DNA of 63,512 nucleotides, filler included, from Choristocarpus tenellus KU-1152 (taxonomy: Eukaryota > Protista > Phaeophyceae): assembly GCA_964200185.2 (NCBI GenBank). It is 13 parts of 13 records of this genome, joined end to end, with 100 filler letters (N's around TTAATTAATTAA, not from the genome) between each part and the next. Parts side by side here need not be neighbours in the genome. Positions count along the whole stretch, not along the records: positions 33,207 to 36,536 come from CAXNAD020020762.1; positions 36,637 to 44,693 come from CAXNAD020005213.1; positions 44,794 to 50,734 come from CAXNAD020009359.1; 10 more parts are not named here. The stretch is one strand, 5' to 3'. The translations under genes and the position numbers were made by a program. The notes beneath the pieces are model-generated. The model was not told the DNA's origin and made no database searches. It saw only the letters and a list, made by a program, of their open reading frames with translations. Positions within the stretch are counted from its first letter, which is position 1. Every line of letters begins with the position of its first letter. Shown here one piece after another: positions 35,473 to 47,800 of this stretch.

Positions 35473-37446
35473 CACAGTAACTTGAAGGCTTGGGATCAGG
35501 TGGTTGAGAGCAGGGTCTGTGTTGTTGTGGACGATGCCTTGAATGCAATGTAGGTAGGACTGTTGTCAGCTAGAATGGCTATGGGGGATGGGGACAGGTA
35601 CCTTTAATGTTTGGGACGTGCTGGACACGCGGGTTGTGCAACCTTGTCTCGATACTATGTCCTGGTTACTCATTCACAAACAAGTCATCAGCTCCTGCGG
35701 GTTACTCATTCACAAACAAGCCATCAGCTCTGCTTCCTCCTGCAATCTTCTTGCTCCTGGGAATTGACCTCCCTATATCTGTGAAACCCCGATAGCTGAT
35801 GATGATGCGGCCCTCCCTCTCTCTGCGTTGAACTGTGGTGAGATTGAGAGGTTAGGAGATGTTGAGGGGCAATGCGTCTTATTGGCTCAATATTGTTCTG
35901 TTGTTGGTGAGAGTGTTTGTGTTGGTGTGATGTTTCCTACCTCAAATCATATTAGTATATATGATATTTTTACTAGCAGTTTTCGTCTCATGGAAATGCC
36001 TCCCACGCCTCTTCAAGGATGCACCTTCTTCTTCTACCCCTTTGTTCTCACTCTTGAAAGTCCCTTCGGGGACACATTATCCCGTCCACTGAGAGTGCCC
36101 TGTTGGTTATTTTCCCCATCCTGTCCAATCACACCCCCGCTACCGTGAGATCAAAAGTCGAAGGAGGGAGGAGTTAAGAAGAACGCGTATCTCACAAATA
36201 GGTGTTTGCTTTTCTGATTCACAGCAAAAAAAATGAAATAAATTTTGTGCGAACACTTCAACAACAACAAGAAGAATTGAAACTTCGGTTTCAATTTTAT
36301 AGAAAAAAAAAACAATTCTTCCCTCCCTTGTCCAATGCAGTGAATACATACAGTTAGTTATCTGAAGAGTACCGGGAATATTAACTCTTTTCAAACCAAC
36401 GTCCCTCTCCATTACAGCACATACTTCAGCTTGCCTGCCCTCCATCTCATCGTCTTTTGGTCGTGTTCTGCTCTCCACGGCACACTCACAGTACCCCCAT
36501 GGCTGCTAAGTCCTCCCTCCTCATAAGATCTCCCCCNNNNNNNNNNNNNNNNNNNNNNNNNNNNNNNNNNNNNNNNNNNNTTAATTAATTAANNNNNNNN
36601 NNNNNNNNNNNNNNNNNNNNNNNNNNNNNNNNNNNNTGGTTTCTTCCATTGGGCAACCTATGAAGATGGCCCTCTTCTTGTTTCCGTCGAAATGGCCTCC
36701 CTCTTGCGGGCCCCCCCCCCCCCCCCCCCAGATACTTTGGGTCTGAACTACCACACACAGAGGGAGAAGGGCAAGAACACATCAGAGGGCTTAATCATCA
36801 GGCATTGCTGGACGGATATACAAATATCAGGTGTTCTCAATGCAGCAAACATTTATGCTCAATGGTAAACCACTCAGGAATATTTGCAACATTGGGTCGC
36901 CAAAGGTTATAGGGGTAGTGGAGTAACAGTGAATGTAGCGAAGTCAATGTCGTGGCAAGGTGTTACAGAAAAAGTCAACATCATTACATAGATGTCAAGG
37001 TCTCTTGGCTGATGTAATGTGACACAGTGTTTTAACATAGGTCAGAGAAACCTCATCAGGACAAGTGAAGCAAGACACTGTTTCCCATCTCCCAGGGTAG
37101 ATGCCATCCAATGAGTGCCATACCATAGGGACCTGTATCAAGAAAAGTGGAGCAAGGCATTGTTTCCTATTCCCCAGGATATCTAATTAGTAGTTGCCGT
37201 TGAAAACAATTATCAAAGGGTAGGATTGATGTCAACATTCCAAGGAGACCCAGTAGTGGCAGTGATACTCCACCGGGCTCACTACCCTGCTGTAACGGTA
37301 TAACATGATGGTGAGGTACGACTTTATTTCTTCTGCTTAGTCGCACTAGGGGGAATTCCTCCACAGTAAGCAACATAGGCTTTCTCTTTCACGTGCCCCC
37401 TCTTGGCGATAGGTTTTTGACAGCAGCAGCGACAATAGTGTTCTTC

Positions 37447-37719
37447 AAGCCAAAGCATGTAAGAGGGTATGTCTGCGTCCGTTCGCGGTCATAAATCCAA
37501 TATTGCTATTTTGATGGATTTTGGCTATTACGTTTGATAGCAAGTGTCAATATCCTTGCTCTGGGCACACCTTTCATAGTCCTATATATTTTACCAAAAA
37601 ACTACGAAATCCGAAATGTTCACACACAAAACCAAAAAAGGGCATAAAAAAAACGTGGGAAACCAAGCCCCGAACAGACAAATAGGGCAAAACTCCTACC
37701 CTCTTAAGTGCTTTGGTTC
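37447..37719. mobile_element. MITE family B, diverged copy
   Basis: AAGCCAAAGCATGTAAGAGGGTA...TACCCTCTTAAGTGCTTTGGTTC, 4-bp TSD CTTC. Confidence 0.8.
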
Positions 37720-38898
37720 CTTCACAAAATTGATGTATCATACACAGTATTCTGCAGGAAACACAGCATATCCTGGAGGAAATGATATGAGGAAATGATG
37801 AAATGGGTAGATATGCACAATGACATCATGCTTTTAATTGATAAAGATAGATTGCTGAAAAAAAAGCAATCTCTCTACATTTTGGTGTTTCATGATGCTT
37901 CTGGTCTACAGAGAGGTCAAAAACAACAATTTCACAACAAACTGAGAAAATCGGGGTTAATAATCTCATGAATCTGCTCTATGACATGTGAGGGTGTGCA
38001 ACAATGGGATAAGCTGTGGAGAGTGTGTAGCAGAACACAATTGGTTGGAAGTACATTTTCAGCAGTAGATACGCCAATTGGGTGCACAGTCTTGGTATGG
38101 TGCAGAACGGCATGGTATGTTGCAGTACGGCATGGTATGTTGCAGTACAGTTCAGGCAGTAAGGTATATGAAAACCTCAAGTACCGTGGATGTTTTTCGA
38201 GCAGGATGATTGGTTAGTACTTGTCATAACAAGTTGATAATAAGAAACTGCACCATTTGTAATCCCTACAGGTAGTTAGATAGTAGCAGGAGTCGAGATC
38301 GGAGTCACACTTTTATTATTTTGAACATTTTGTCGTTCAATTCCAACTGTAAGTACCTTAGTATACTGTGCCCATCCCTGGATATGTAGATTGTTTGGGT
38401 CGGAGACTCCTCTCACTATCTAGAGGCCAAGGGGCAATCGGAAAAAAACTCCTCAAACCCACCTGTGTCTTTGTGATGAGATGCTTTGCGTGTTGCTTGG
38501 CTTGCATCTCCATTGACAGGGTCACCAGGGAATCCATTTTTCTTATTTTCTTTTCCAAAAGATGGATTTGAATAAAAATGCAATTGAGGGGGTCAAACAT
38601 ACACATTGTAGGGAAAGTAAGTGCCGACAGGGATTTCACTGGGGAGGAGAAGCACCTTTTTCAGTACCATTTTAGTGCGTTCCTGATAGGCTTCTAGAAG
38701 ACAAGGTCTTGTATTTTTTACATGGAGAGAACTATGGTATTTTACAAAAAACCTGAGATTCCTACCATGAAAATGATTACAAGAATGTCACCATACCCAG
38801 GAAGTAGTTTTGTCTGGAGGGTGGGACAGACTATGGACCCCATAATGTCAAGCTGTATACTCACACTAGTACCCCATAATGTCAATTTGTTTACTCAC

Positions 38899-41800
38899 AC
38901 TAGTGCCGTCGTTGACCATGCTCATGATAAAGCTGCGGTGTCCCTCCAGAGCCCTTACGTGCCACAATGCTCTCCGCCGGTGGAACTCCCTGCACATCTC
39001 ATCTCGAATCTCCTGAGACGCATTGACTGTCGGATCCAGCATTATCTTTACCCGGATCCGTGCACGCTCCGCCCTGACCTGAACATATATTTTTGAGGAC
39101 AAGTGCTTCTTCTGAGGCTAATGTGGGCATGTTTGGTTGATCTGGGGAGCACGAGGGTGTCCTGGCCTGTTGAAGTTGGTGTAGTGCGATGTGCTCAGGT
39201 TCTGCAGCCAAATAAGAGAAGAAAAAAATCAAATAAGCAGTGAGAAGGGTCAACGTTATCGTTGTTTCCCTTGACACATCCTATGGGACAACCGCAAACT
39301 ATTACTGCAACCCACTTGGTCTTCCTTGAGGCAACGGTTGGGCTTGTTACACCCATTTGAGCGTGCACCCCCTTCCTTTGGAACACGTGTTAAATTAGTC
39401 GAATTGCATGGATCGCCTCCTCCCCCTCCTGCAGTGACACCAGCTCCATCACCCTCTGGCCCTGCCTCACCCACCCCGCTACCTCCGTACTGAGAAAGCC
39501 ATGCTTCCAATACCTTTAATAATGCAAGAGAGCAAACTCGTTGATTCTCATGCATCTGGTATGCTAGAGTGGGTTTGCGCACAACAGTAGATATGCTACT
39601 TATAGGTCGAAAAAAGAGAGAGCTGTGTCTTTCGAAGAGGTGTGTTGGTGCTAAGAGACAGAGGCAGGGAGCGGCATAGAGACAAAGTGCAATTAAATGC
39701 CGGAAATGTGCTGAGACATCCGCAGTGGAATATATGTACACACATAGTACATTTGAGTTGAGACATAATAGGTAATTATTTCTTTTTCACTCTCCAATAT
39801 ACTGGAGTTTCTATCTTGTAACTGTTACGGGGTTCCAGATCACCCCTCCCACCAGTTGCTTGACTTTGGTTTGCTTGATCTGAGTCTTCACTCTTTTGAT
39901 TTGGCATGGTCCCGAAAAAACATTCAGCAATATGATACAAAAAAAATGTGATGCTCTATTCTCATATTGGTTTCTGGTAAGGAGAGTACCTGTTCCACCA
40001 GGTCATATCCAAGATTAATTTGATCTACCAAGACATTATTAGCATGTATATTTTCCCACATGTCACCCCCAAAAATTCTGCCAGTGATAATGTAACTTAG
40101 GACCCTAGCTTTATCCCAAATGCCCGGATTAAAAACCTTGGCCTCCACCCTTCGTTGCATCTCTATCTCCCATTGTCTTGCAAGTACCAGCCTCATGGCA
40201 TCCAAAATACGCATATTTCGCCGCCACCACCGTTGAATCACTGTCAGTAAAACCATTGCACGTCCTAGCCTGTACGAGATCCTTTTCACTGAGATATGAA
40301 CACCAGATCTGAAGGGAAAATTAAGAATATGCCACACAGTTGATGAGAGATATTAGAGGATGAGGGGGTCGTTATTGAAAGGACAAGGTTGAGACAGAAA
40401 ATTGGATGACAAAAGGTTGTAGCAAAAATAAATATAGTCGGTACATATGGAAACTGTTGGTTCCACAATTTTTGAGAGGATGTTGCGCCAAAACCTCCAG
40501 GGTTATGGTGCGATCATGTTTTTGCCAAAATGTTTAGAAAAAGAAGAGGATTGGGGGACATTGAGAGCCTTGCACGAAAACGAATGTTCACAACAAAAAG
40601 ACGGCCTATACACCACACTGAGCCACTAGAATGCAAAGCCCCTGCAGTTCCTTCTATCTCCTTGATCTCTCCATTCCTGAGGAGGAAGGATTGGTACGTT
40701 TTTCGTGCAGCAAAGAGCCAAAGTATCTTAGAGGGTAGACCCGCGTCCATTTGGGGACCAAAATCCAATGTTGCGATTTTGATGTAATTTTAACCGTCAT
40801 GTTTATTAGGAAGTGTCAATATCCTTGTTCTGGACACTCCTTTTCTTAATGTGTACTTTTTACCAACTCAAAAATCTTTTGGAGTAGGTAAAATATCATA
40901 CACACCTCGAGGGAAGCCAAGCCCCAAATGGACAAACAGGGCAAAACTCGTAACCTCTGAGATACTTTATCTCAAAGCTATGCTGCTTTGAAAGCGCCAC
41001 ATTGATGCCACCCAACACATCTCAGCACTCAAGAGCAAGACTTAAAAGCCCAGGGGGTGCAAGAGGGTCATCTCACATCTTGGCATCCTGCAGAAAGCGA
41101 AGGACGATTTTGCTTGCCTTTTTGTCCCTCTCAGAATGCCACCTTCATTTGATGTGTTCATCGGTTGTTTTGTTGGTATTAGAAATAGAACACTAGCAAC
41201 AAGGCAGGCGGGTAGTGGGCTGGGGTTCAAGGTTGGGCGTGGGGATGCATAAAGCTCATATCCCAAACCCATGTCAATGTGTGTGAGGGTTGGCTTCCTT
41301 TGTAGCTGAGAGATTGAATGGTGGGCCCCAATATATGTGTATATAAATGCACATCTTTCCATTGTATAGTTGACAAAGAAGCACTTTGTCTTCAAATAGA
41401 AAACTAAATACTTCAAAAGCACAGAATTTCGATCTTCTTCAAGTATCACGATTTTTTTGAATTCAAGGACCGTGTCTTTTGAAGTCCTAATCAAGGGCAC
41501 AATGAAAGAGGATGTGGCCTGTTCTCACCTTCGGATCTTGTTTGAAAACCGATTTCCAATGAGCTTTGTGGCACAATCAATCTTTTTTGTGAATCTGTAG
41601 ATGCGGGCAAATGAAATCACACACACACATACATACATGAATACATGAATACATACATACATACATACATACATACATACATACATACATACATACATAC
41701 ATACATACATACACACAGGCACAGGCGCAGGCGCAGGCACACAGGATAGTACAAAACAATGCAAATAATTCGGAAATAGATTGAGTAAGTTCAATACAGT

Positions 41801-43499
41801 GGAAAAACACAAGAAAAGGAGGAAAGGTGTGTAGCCATTGAAGGCTATGACTATTGGAGAAGAAACAGATTTTCAGCTGGAGGCATGAACTCGGTGAGCC
41901 CATTGAAATGGAACTTCTACATCTACCCTATTCAACAAAGATATATTACAAGGCTCTTTCCCTACCCTTCTGATGTTCTGCTTGTTTGCACCAGGGCCCA
42001 TAAATGACAGAGGTGAAGTATATCCCTTGGAGGAGGATAAGAACACAAACGAGGTGATGATGATTGAACTGTATAGATACGACACAAGCAGGAAATATCC
42101 ATGGTGTGGGTCTCCAGAACTTGGCCCCAAGGTCACACCTTTTGTGAGAGAGGAGAATTAGTTGCCTGGCGATTATCTCAGTTGCAGTCGCCTTTTCATG
42201 CTCCCGCTGGATATGATGGCACATTCAAGTGCAGGGGCTTCAGTCTAGCACAATACTCCACCCACACAAAGGTGAGGAGAGTTGGTGGACGGTACACTAT
42301 TCGAATCTAGGGGAGGTACAGGTCAGAAGATGGACATGCGTATATTGGGATACACTCTGTTGCTACTAACTGGAGGGGACATTTCCTTGGGGTCACGTGG
42401 AGCAACATGGTGCGAAGGATAAGAGGAGGGAATGAATAAACTCTGAGGTGTGAAGGTAGTGTCAAATGTACTGGGTATTTTCTAATCATGTTGTTTTGCA
42501 TCCGCTTCCTAATTGTAGAAGACCCTTGCAATGGCTCAAAACACCCTTCTGGAGCATGGAATGTTCAATTACAAGTAGCCCAGGCTGTTCATTCTTCCAT
42601 TGCTGTGATATTTCGAGCTAATACTTTCATGAAGGGTATTTCTATATTTCCGTTCTACACGTACACACCAGCAACATCTGTCTCCCCTCCTCTCCCCATT
42701 TCACTCCCCAACCTGACCGTTTTCCACCCCCATCTCCTACAGACAGAGGACATGTCTACATTACTTCGACAACAGAGGGCGAACCATGACTACTGCACTA
42801 GACATCCCCTCCATACCCAGATATTTTCAGCCTCCTCATAAAGCCATCTTGCTCCAAGGGAAAAATAAACTGCCTTGAGCCAGATCCTTCCTTGCTCTGC
42901 CCTTTCCCTCTTTTTCATCAATCCCATCTTCCTGAAATCCTGCAAAACTTGTTCACTTTTTTCAGCATTCCTGCGTTCTTCGAGTGATCAGAAGAAAAAA
43001 AATACAACTTTTCGAGGAGAATGTCAGGGCTAGCGAGTGGAGCATCATTTCAACAATTGAATGGCCGCTTTACATGATTGCTTCCATGGACTGTTCAAAT
43101 GTGAAGCGGCCACTAGCACAGAGATAGATCAATCTCAAGAAAGTAGGACACCAATTCTACTGTGATCATTGAAAAGAAGAAAGAAAAGACAGAAACCCCA
43201 GGCAGGCAATGCTCAGCCTCCTATAATGCAGTAGTATTAGCAAGTGAACAGAAACAAACAAGTTACAAGATGGAGATGAAAACAAAATAATTATTTCCCA
43301 CAAGCATCTTACTTGTGGCATGTAGTTAAAAATTGTATTGCACAGCTATCCCAGGTGATTAAAATGCCATCACAGTACTTGGTTCACCTGTCTCCCTCTG
43401 AAAAGCTATGGCTGATTCTTGATATTGTCGCATACGTTCCTTACTTCTCCTCAAATTTCTGGCAAACAACAGAGCCTTGGTTGAAGGATCTAGCAGCGC
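38899..43499 (-). CDS. Multi-exon gene for an unknown basic helical protein with an IQ-like motif (partial)
   Basis: Splice-bounded exons 43499-43388 (ALLDPSTKALLFARNLRR...), 42977-42874, 41594-41529, 40308-40137 (VIQRWWRR) and 39078-38899. Most junctions are phase-compatible, and at least one exon was not located. Confidence 0.6.
40715..40973. mobile_element. MITE family B copy
   Basis: GAGCCAAAGTATCTTAGAGGGTAG...CCTCTGAGATACTTTATCTC. Confidence 0.9.
41618..41745. repeat. Compound microsatellite (AC)n(ACAT)n(CAGGCR)n
   Basis: Read directly from the sequence. Confidence 0.9.
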
Positions 43500-44599
43500 C
43501 TGGATGGCTCTTCAGTTGTTGCCATGCCATCCATAAGGGTGCATGCATAAGGTGGTAGAGGATGGAAATCAGTAGTTGTCAATGGATCATTTCAAGGAGG
43601 ATAGAATCACTTCTGTGTACTGATTATGATACATTGGTTGGTGGTCTCTTCCATCACATATATGTGCAGCAACATATCTTGTAGAGCTCCACTGGGGGAT
43701 TGAGTCCCGAAGCAGTAAGTTTTCAGTGGGTGGCAATAACAACAACAGAAGTGACATCCATGGTGATGAGCAACACTTGTCTTCTTCTTGATGCCAATGT
43801 GGTTGTGATCAGGCGAGCTGTTATGACATAGGTAGCATTCCTTAGACACAGGACGAAGCGTATTGTCGCCACTCATTCCACATTTTCTTTTAAAATGTAC
43901 CTTCATTCCGAACAGAGAGAGCTCTGAGTCTTTGATTTCACCTCGTGCTGCTCCAAATGTGTATGAGTTACAGTGAGACTTTTGACAGGTATTCTAACCG
44001 GAATACTGATAAGAATCATTACAATAGTGGACTGTAAGAATGATGCATTCTGTCAGTGCATTTCTGTCTTTGACACAAAGGTGCTTGTCATCAAGTTACC
44101 TGTTACCCTCCATGCCAGTTCCATTCAGGACCTCAACGAGCTTGGCCTTCTTCTCCTGGAGAGGGTGTTCCACCATGAGTGGTAGGCGTCAAGTAGAGAC
44201 GAAGGATATAAATTGCCTAGGACCACTATATACAGTCTCAAGGCAAAATGCAGAGTTGGGTACACCAATTGATGATGAACACTGAAGATCATAAGAATAA
44301 TTGTCAATAGCTACTGTCTTCAGCGATATTTTGTGTGTTGGAGAAAGTCTGCTGGTGAGGACACACCTGATTCCCTTTTGTGGTCAGGGGTCTTAAGACC
44401 CCTGCTTGCTGATCAAATGCACAAACACAGAAATCTTCAAATGGTTCTGATTGTAATAATAATACACTTAGAGTACAGTATGAATTTGGAAATGACAGTA
44501 ACCAAATAGCAGCAATGCGTGATGCAGTCCCTGATGAGGACAAAATGACAAATAATTCAATCAATGAAATAGCTCGTTGCATATAGAGGCATGGGTAAG

Positions 44600-44693
44600 G
44601 AGCCAAAATATCTTGGAGGGTAGCGTCCATTTGGGGGTCAAAATACAATGTTGTGATTTTGATGTAATTTTGGCTATTGTGTTTGTTAGGAAG
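44600..44693. mobile_element. MITE family B partial copy at contig end
   Basis: GAGCCAAAATATCTTGGAGGGTAG start plus the family-B body. Confidence 0.85.
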
Positions 44694-44793
44694 NNNNNNN
44701 NNNNNNNNNNNNNNNNNNNNNNNNNNNNNNNNNNNNNTTAATTAATTAANNNNNNNNNNNNNNNNNNNNNNNNNNNNNNNNNNNNNNNNNNNN

Positions 44794-44850
44794 CTATCAC
44801 ATAATCCACCAGTGGTGTCTATAGTGTATCAGCAGCACTATCTACGAACA
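44794..44850 (-). mobile_element. LTR family D 5' edge at contig start
   Basis: ...CCACCAGTGGTGTCTATAGTGTATCAGCAGCACTATCTACGAACA. Confidence 0.85.
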
Positions 44851-47800
44851 GACTACACTCGCACCGAACCAGGACGACTGGTAGACTTCGGTCAAGACCG
44901 TCTATCTCTTGGAAGCAAGGTAGGACATTGTCCCACCCTTCGCCTCCATCTGGACGTTTGCGATAACGCATTTTCAAGGGTAGGTCTCACCTCGGGAACC
45001 TCTCTGTCTCCTATGTCTCGTCGCATCCAAAGTGTCTACTAGGGAACTCCAACCCCAACAACAAAACAGATCTGGATAAATGGCTTTTTGTTGAAGCAAA
45101 AATATATCATTTTTTTGTGTTCTAAAGCGGACAGTATGTGACCTTCATCTAGATGTGATTTTGGTCAAAGTTTGTTTGTAGTCCAAATTTTTTTGCATAC
45201 CTGACTACGAATCTCTCGCACCATTGTTACTTTTCATTTGTGTAAAGGAATGGGGCAGGCGCCAGCTACAGGAACTTAAACATGGACGCTTGGCAATGCT
45301 TGGCATATCAGGTGTGAATCACTACACTTTGCTCTTGCCTGTCATGCTTGAAGAGCCTCCTTCATTCGTGGAGTGAAGTGATAGAGATAACTCACCTATG
45401 TGTGCTAATGTCTTGATATCTTATGCATCAAACACAGTTTTGAGTCCATTTCGTTTTGGGGCAGAGTCAAGCAAGGTTGACCCTCGTGGTCACATCCGTG
45501 TTAGGAAAATTGAAGGGTTAGGGTTAGGGTCAACCTCAGTCCACATCTCTTCAACTGCGATACTCACTTCAGACCACTGTTGATGCACAGGAAGGTTCTC
45601 GGTGACATCACTGTATATTTCAGACTACTGTATGATACTGCAGGATACCTAAGTGTCGTCTGTACCAGGGAGTGCACCAAGGTTTATTTGTGCTACGGTA
45701 GGAAGAGATGTACTCATACACGTACTCGTACTCGTACCTGTACTTGTACTTGTACTTGTTGGTCTTTTACATGTCACTTACTTGAATGTACCTGTACCCA
45801 ACATCTCACCGAAAGGGGACTAGTACTGTTACAACCCCTGGACTGCAGTGAGAAGTATGCAGATTGGCAGATACATACATGCAGTTAGCCGTGTTGTAAA
45901 TCATTAACACTGTCAAGTCCAATGTCTGTTGTCAGGTGTCTATGATCCACCTTTGCTATGCTGTAAGAATGTTTTACATCCTGATGAACTTTTCGCCACG
46001 TACATGATACAGGTATGCTAGCACAGGAGTTGGTCACACACGAAGGCCCACTGGAGCAGATCGTCAATGGGCACTTCAATCCATTTATGAACTTCTAGTC
46101 TTCATGGAAACACAAGTGCTTTGGGCGGGAGATTGCAGAAGGGTGTAGGGATTGGGGAGGCGTTTTTGGACAGGATAGCAAATGATAGTCGCCAGAGACG
46201 AGTGGTAAGAGGGTGCTGCCCCTGTAAATTATATAGCCTGTGGCGATGGGAATGTGATGCTTCTGTTTGTGACGTTTTTTTCATGAGCTGTAAAGAGGTA
46301 GTGATCATTTTTTCTTGGAGGAATTTTGCTAGTAACCTGTGGAATGGAGGGAGACTCAGAAGGAAGGAAGTTGGGATATGTTGTATATATATATATATAT
46401 TTTGGGGGGGGGTTTCAGTGCATTTGTTACTATTTACCTTTGGGTAAAGGAGATTTTCCAATGCTCAATTCAGAGGTCATTGCACATAGCGCGGCCATGT
46501 ATTTAGCAGATTGAGAGGTGACCATTGTATATGCACTTTTGAAGTAGGTAGTAGTACATTGAACCTTGTTTTGGTGTCTGGTGCTGATACCTTGCCCTCT
46601 TCAGAGATACGTAGATCCTTTGTTAAATTTTTATAAAATTATCAACTATTTGTAAGCAAGGCTTTAGTGTTTTCTTCTTTGGAAGTAGATGTGTTGCATG
46701 GAGGGGCTTTTTCTTGATGCCTCCTTAGTTGAGTGTACAACATTGTCACAGATAGGTTCTTGGGGAAGAGGGGAAATGACAACGGGCTCATTGGGGTTTC
46801 CCAGGCGATGAAGGCATATGTGATTGCTACACTTTGGCACTTGATTATTAGGTGGTTTCATGGTAGCAATGTTCTGTAGTGTGTTTTTTCCCTTTGCTGT
46901 TGACTCTGAGATATGAGGGATAGAAGAAAGGGATGTTGCTTACTGCACTGCAAGGACATGCACAGACTGCCAATTTGTGTGCAATAAACAAGAATGAGAA
47001 CATTCTTTGTATGTGGTAGGGGTACAGGACAGCCTGAAGGAAGGACTTCAATTCTTCAGCAGAGCAATAAAAGAGCGTTCAAAGGGATGCTACTTCCTGT
47101 GTAAGAGTTGGTGTGCAACTTGAAACTAATATTAGATATTAGAACTGCGCTTGGGTTGGGCTCCCACGATGGTTTGTCCATGGTCAGTGTCACTCCCTTG
47201 ATCAAAAGAGCAGGACTGGACTGCACAGTGTTTTTAGTCTGGAGCAAGTTTGACTAGTTGCTTTACTCAGCATGTGGGGGTGGGGGTGGGGGGGTGGACA
47301 ATGGAGTTTTTTTTTTTCAGAATGGTCCTCCAACAGAATGGTCCTCCAACAGAATGGTCCTCCCATTGTTTTGACGCATCTTATTCTTCATTTTCAAAGT
47401 GAATTGATCTCACTAGAGTTTCAAACCCAGTACCCCCAGAGTTCTACTGTCTCCTGCACTTCTTTTCTATACCCATCCAGTTATTGCTAGCAATGTGAAC
47501 CAAAATATTCCACAAATGAAATCTAACCCCGATTAGTTGAAGTGCTGGCGCTGGAGGCAACGACTACAAGACCTCCACGGGTCTCAGCAGACAGACCCTA
47601 AGCCATGAACTGTGAAATGTGTAGTGAGTTTAGTTGTGGGTATTGGCGTGACACATTGTGACAATATGCAGATCTTCTCTGATATTGTACGTGTTCATTA
47701 GTCAAAACTTAAGGTGGTACTGTGACTTGGTCCCCTCCTTGATGCTGATGATGCTGGGGCTACAACTTTTCTGTGTGCTAGTGACTGGACATTTCATTGG

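Noticed and set aside
47317-47363. CRISPR-like repeats (16-bp x3 here, 21-bp x2 at 34240, ~37-bp x2 at 35663)
   Set aside because: They are head-to-tail tandem repeats without spacers or cas genes, in a eukaryotic context.
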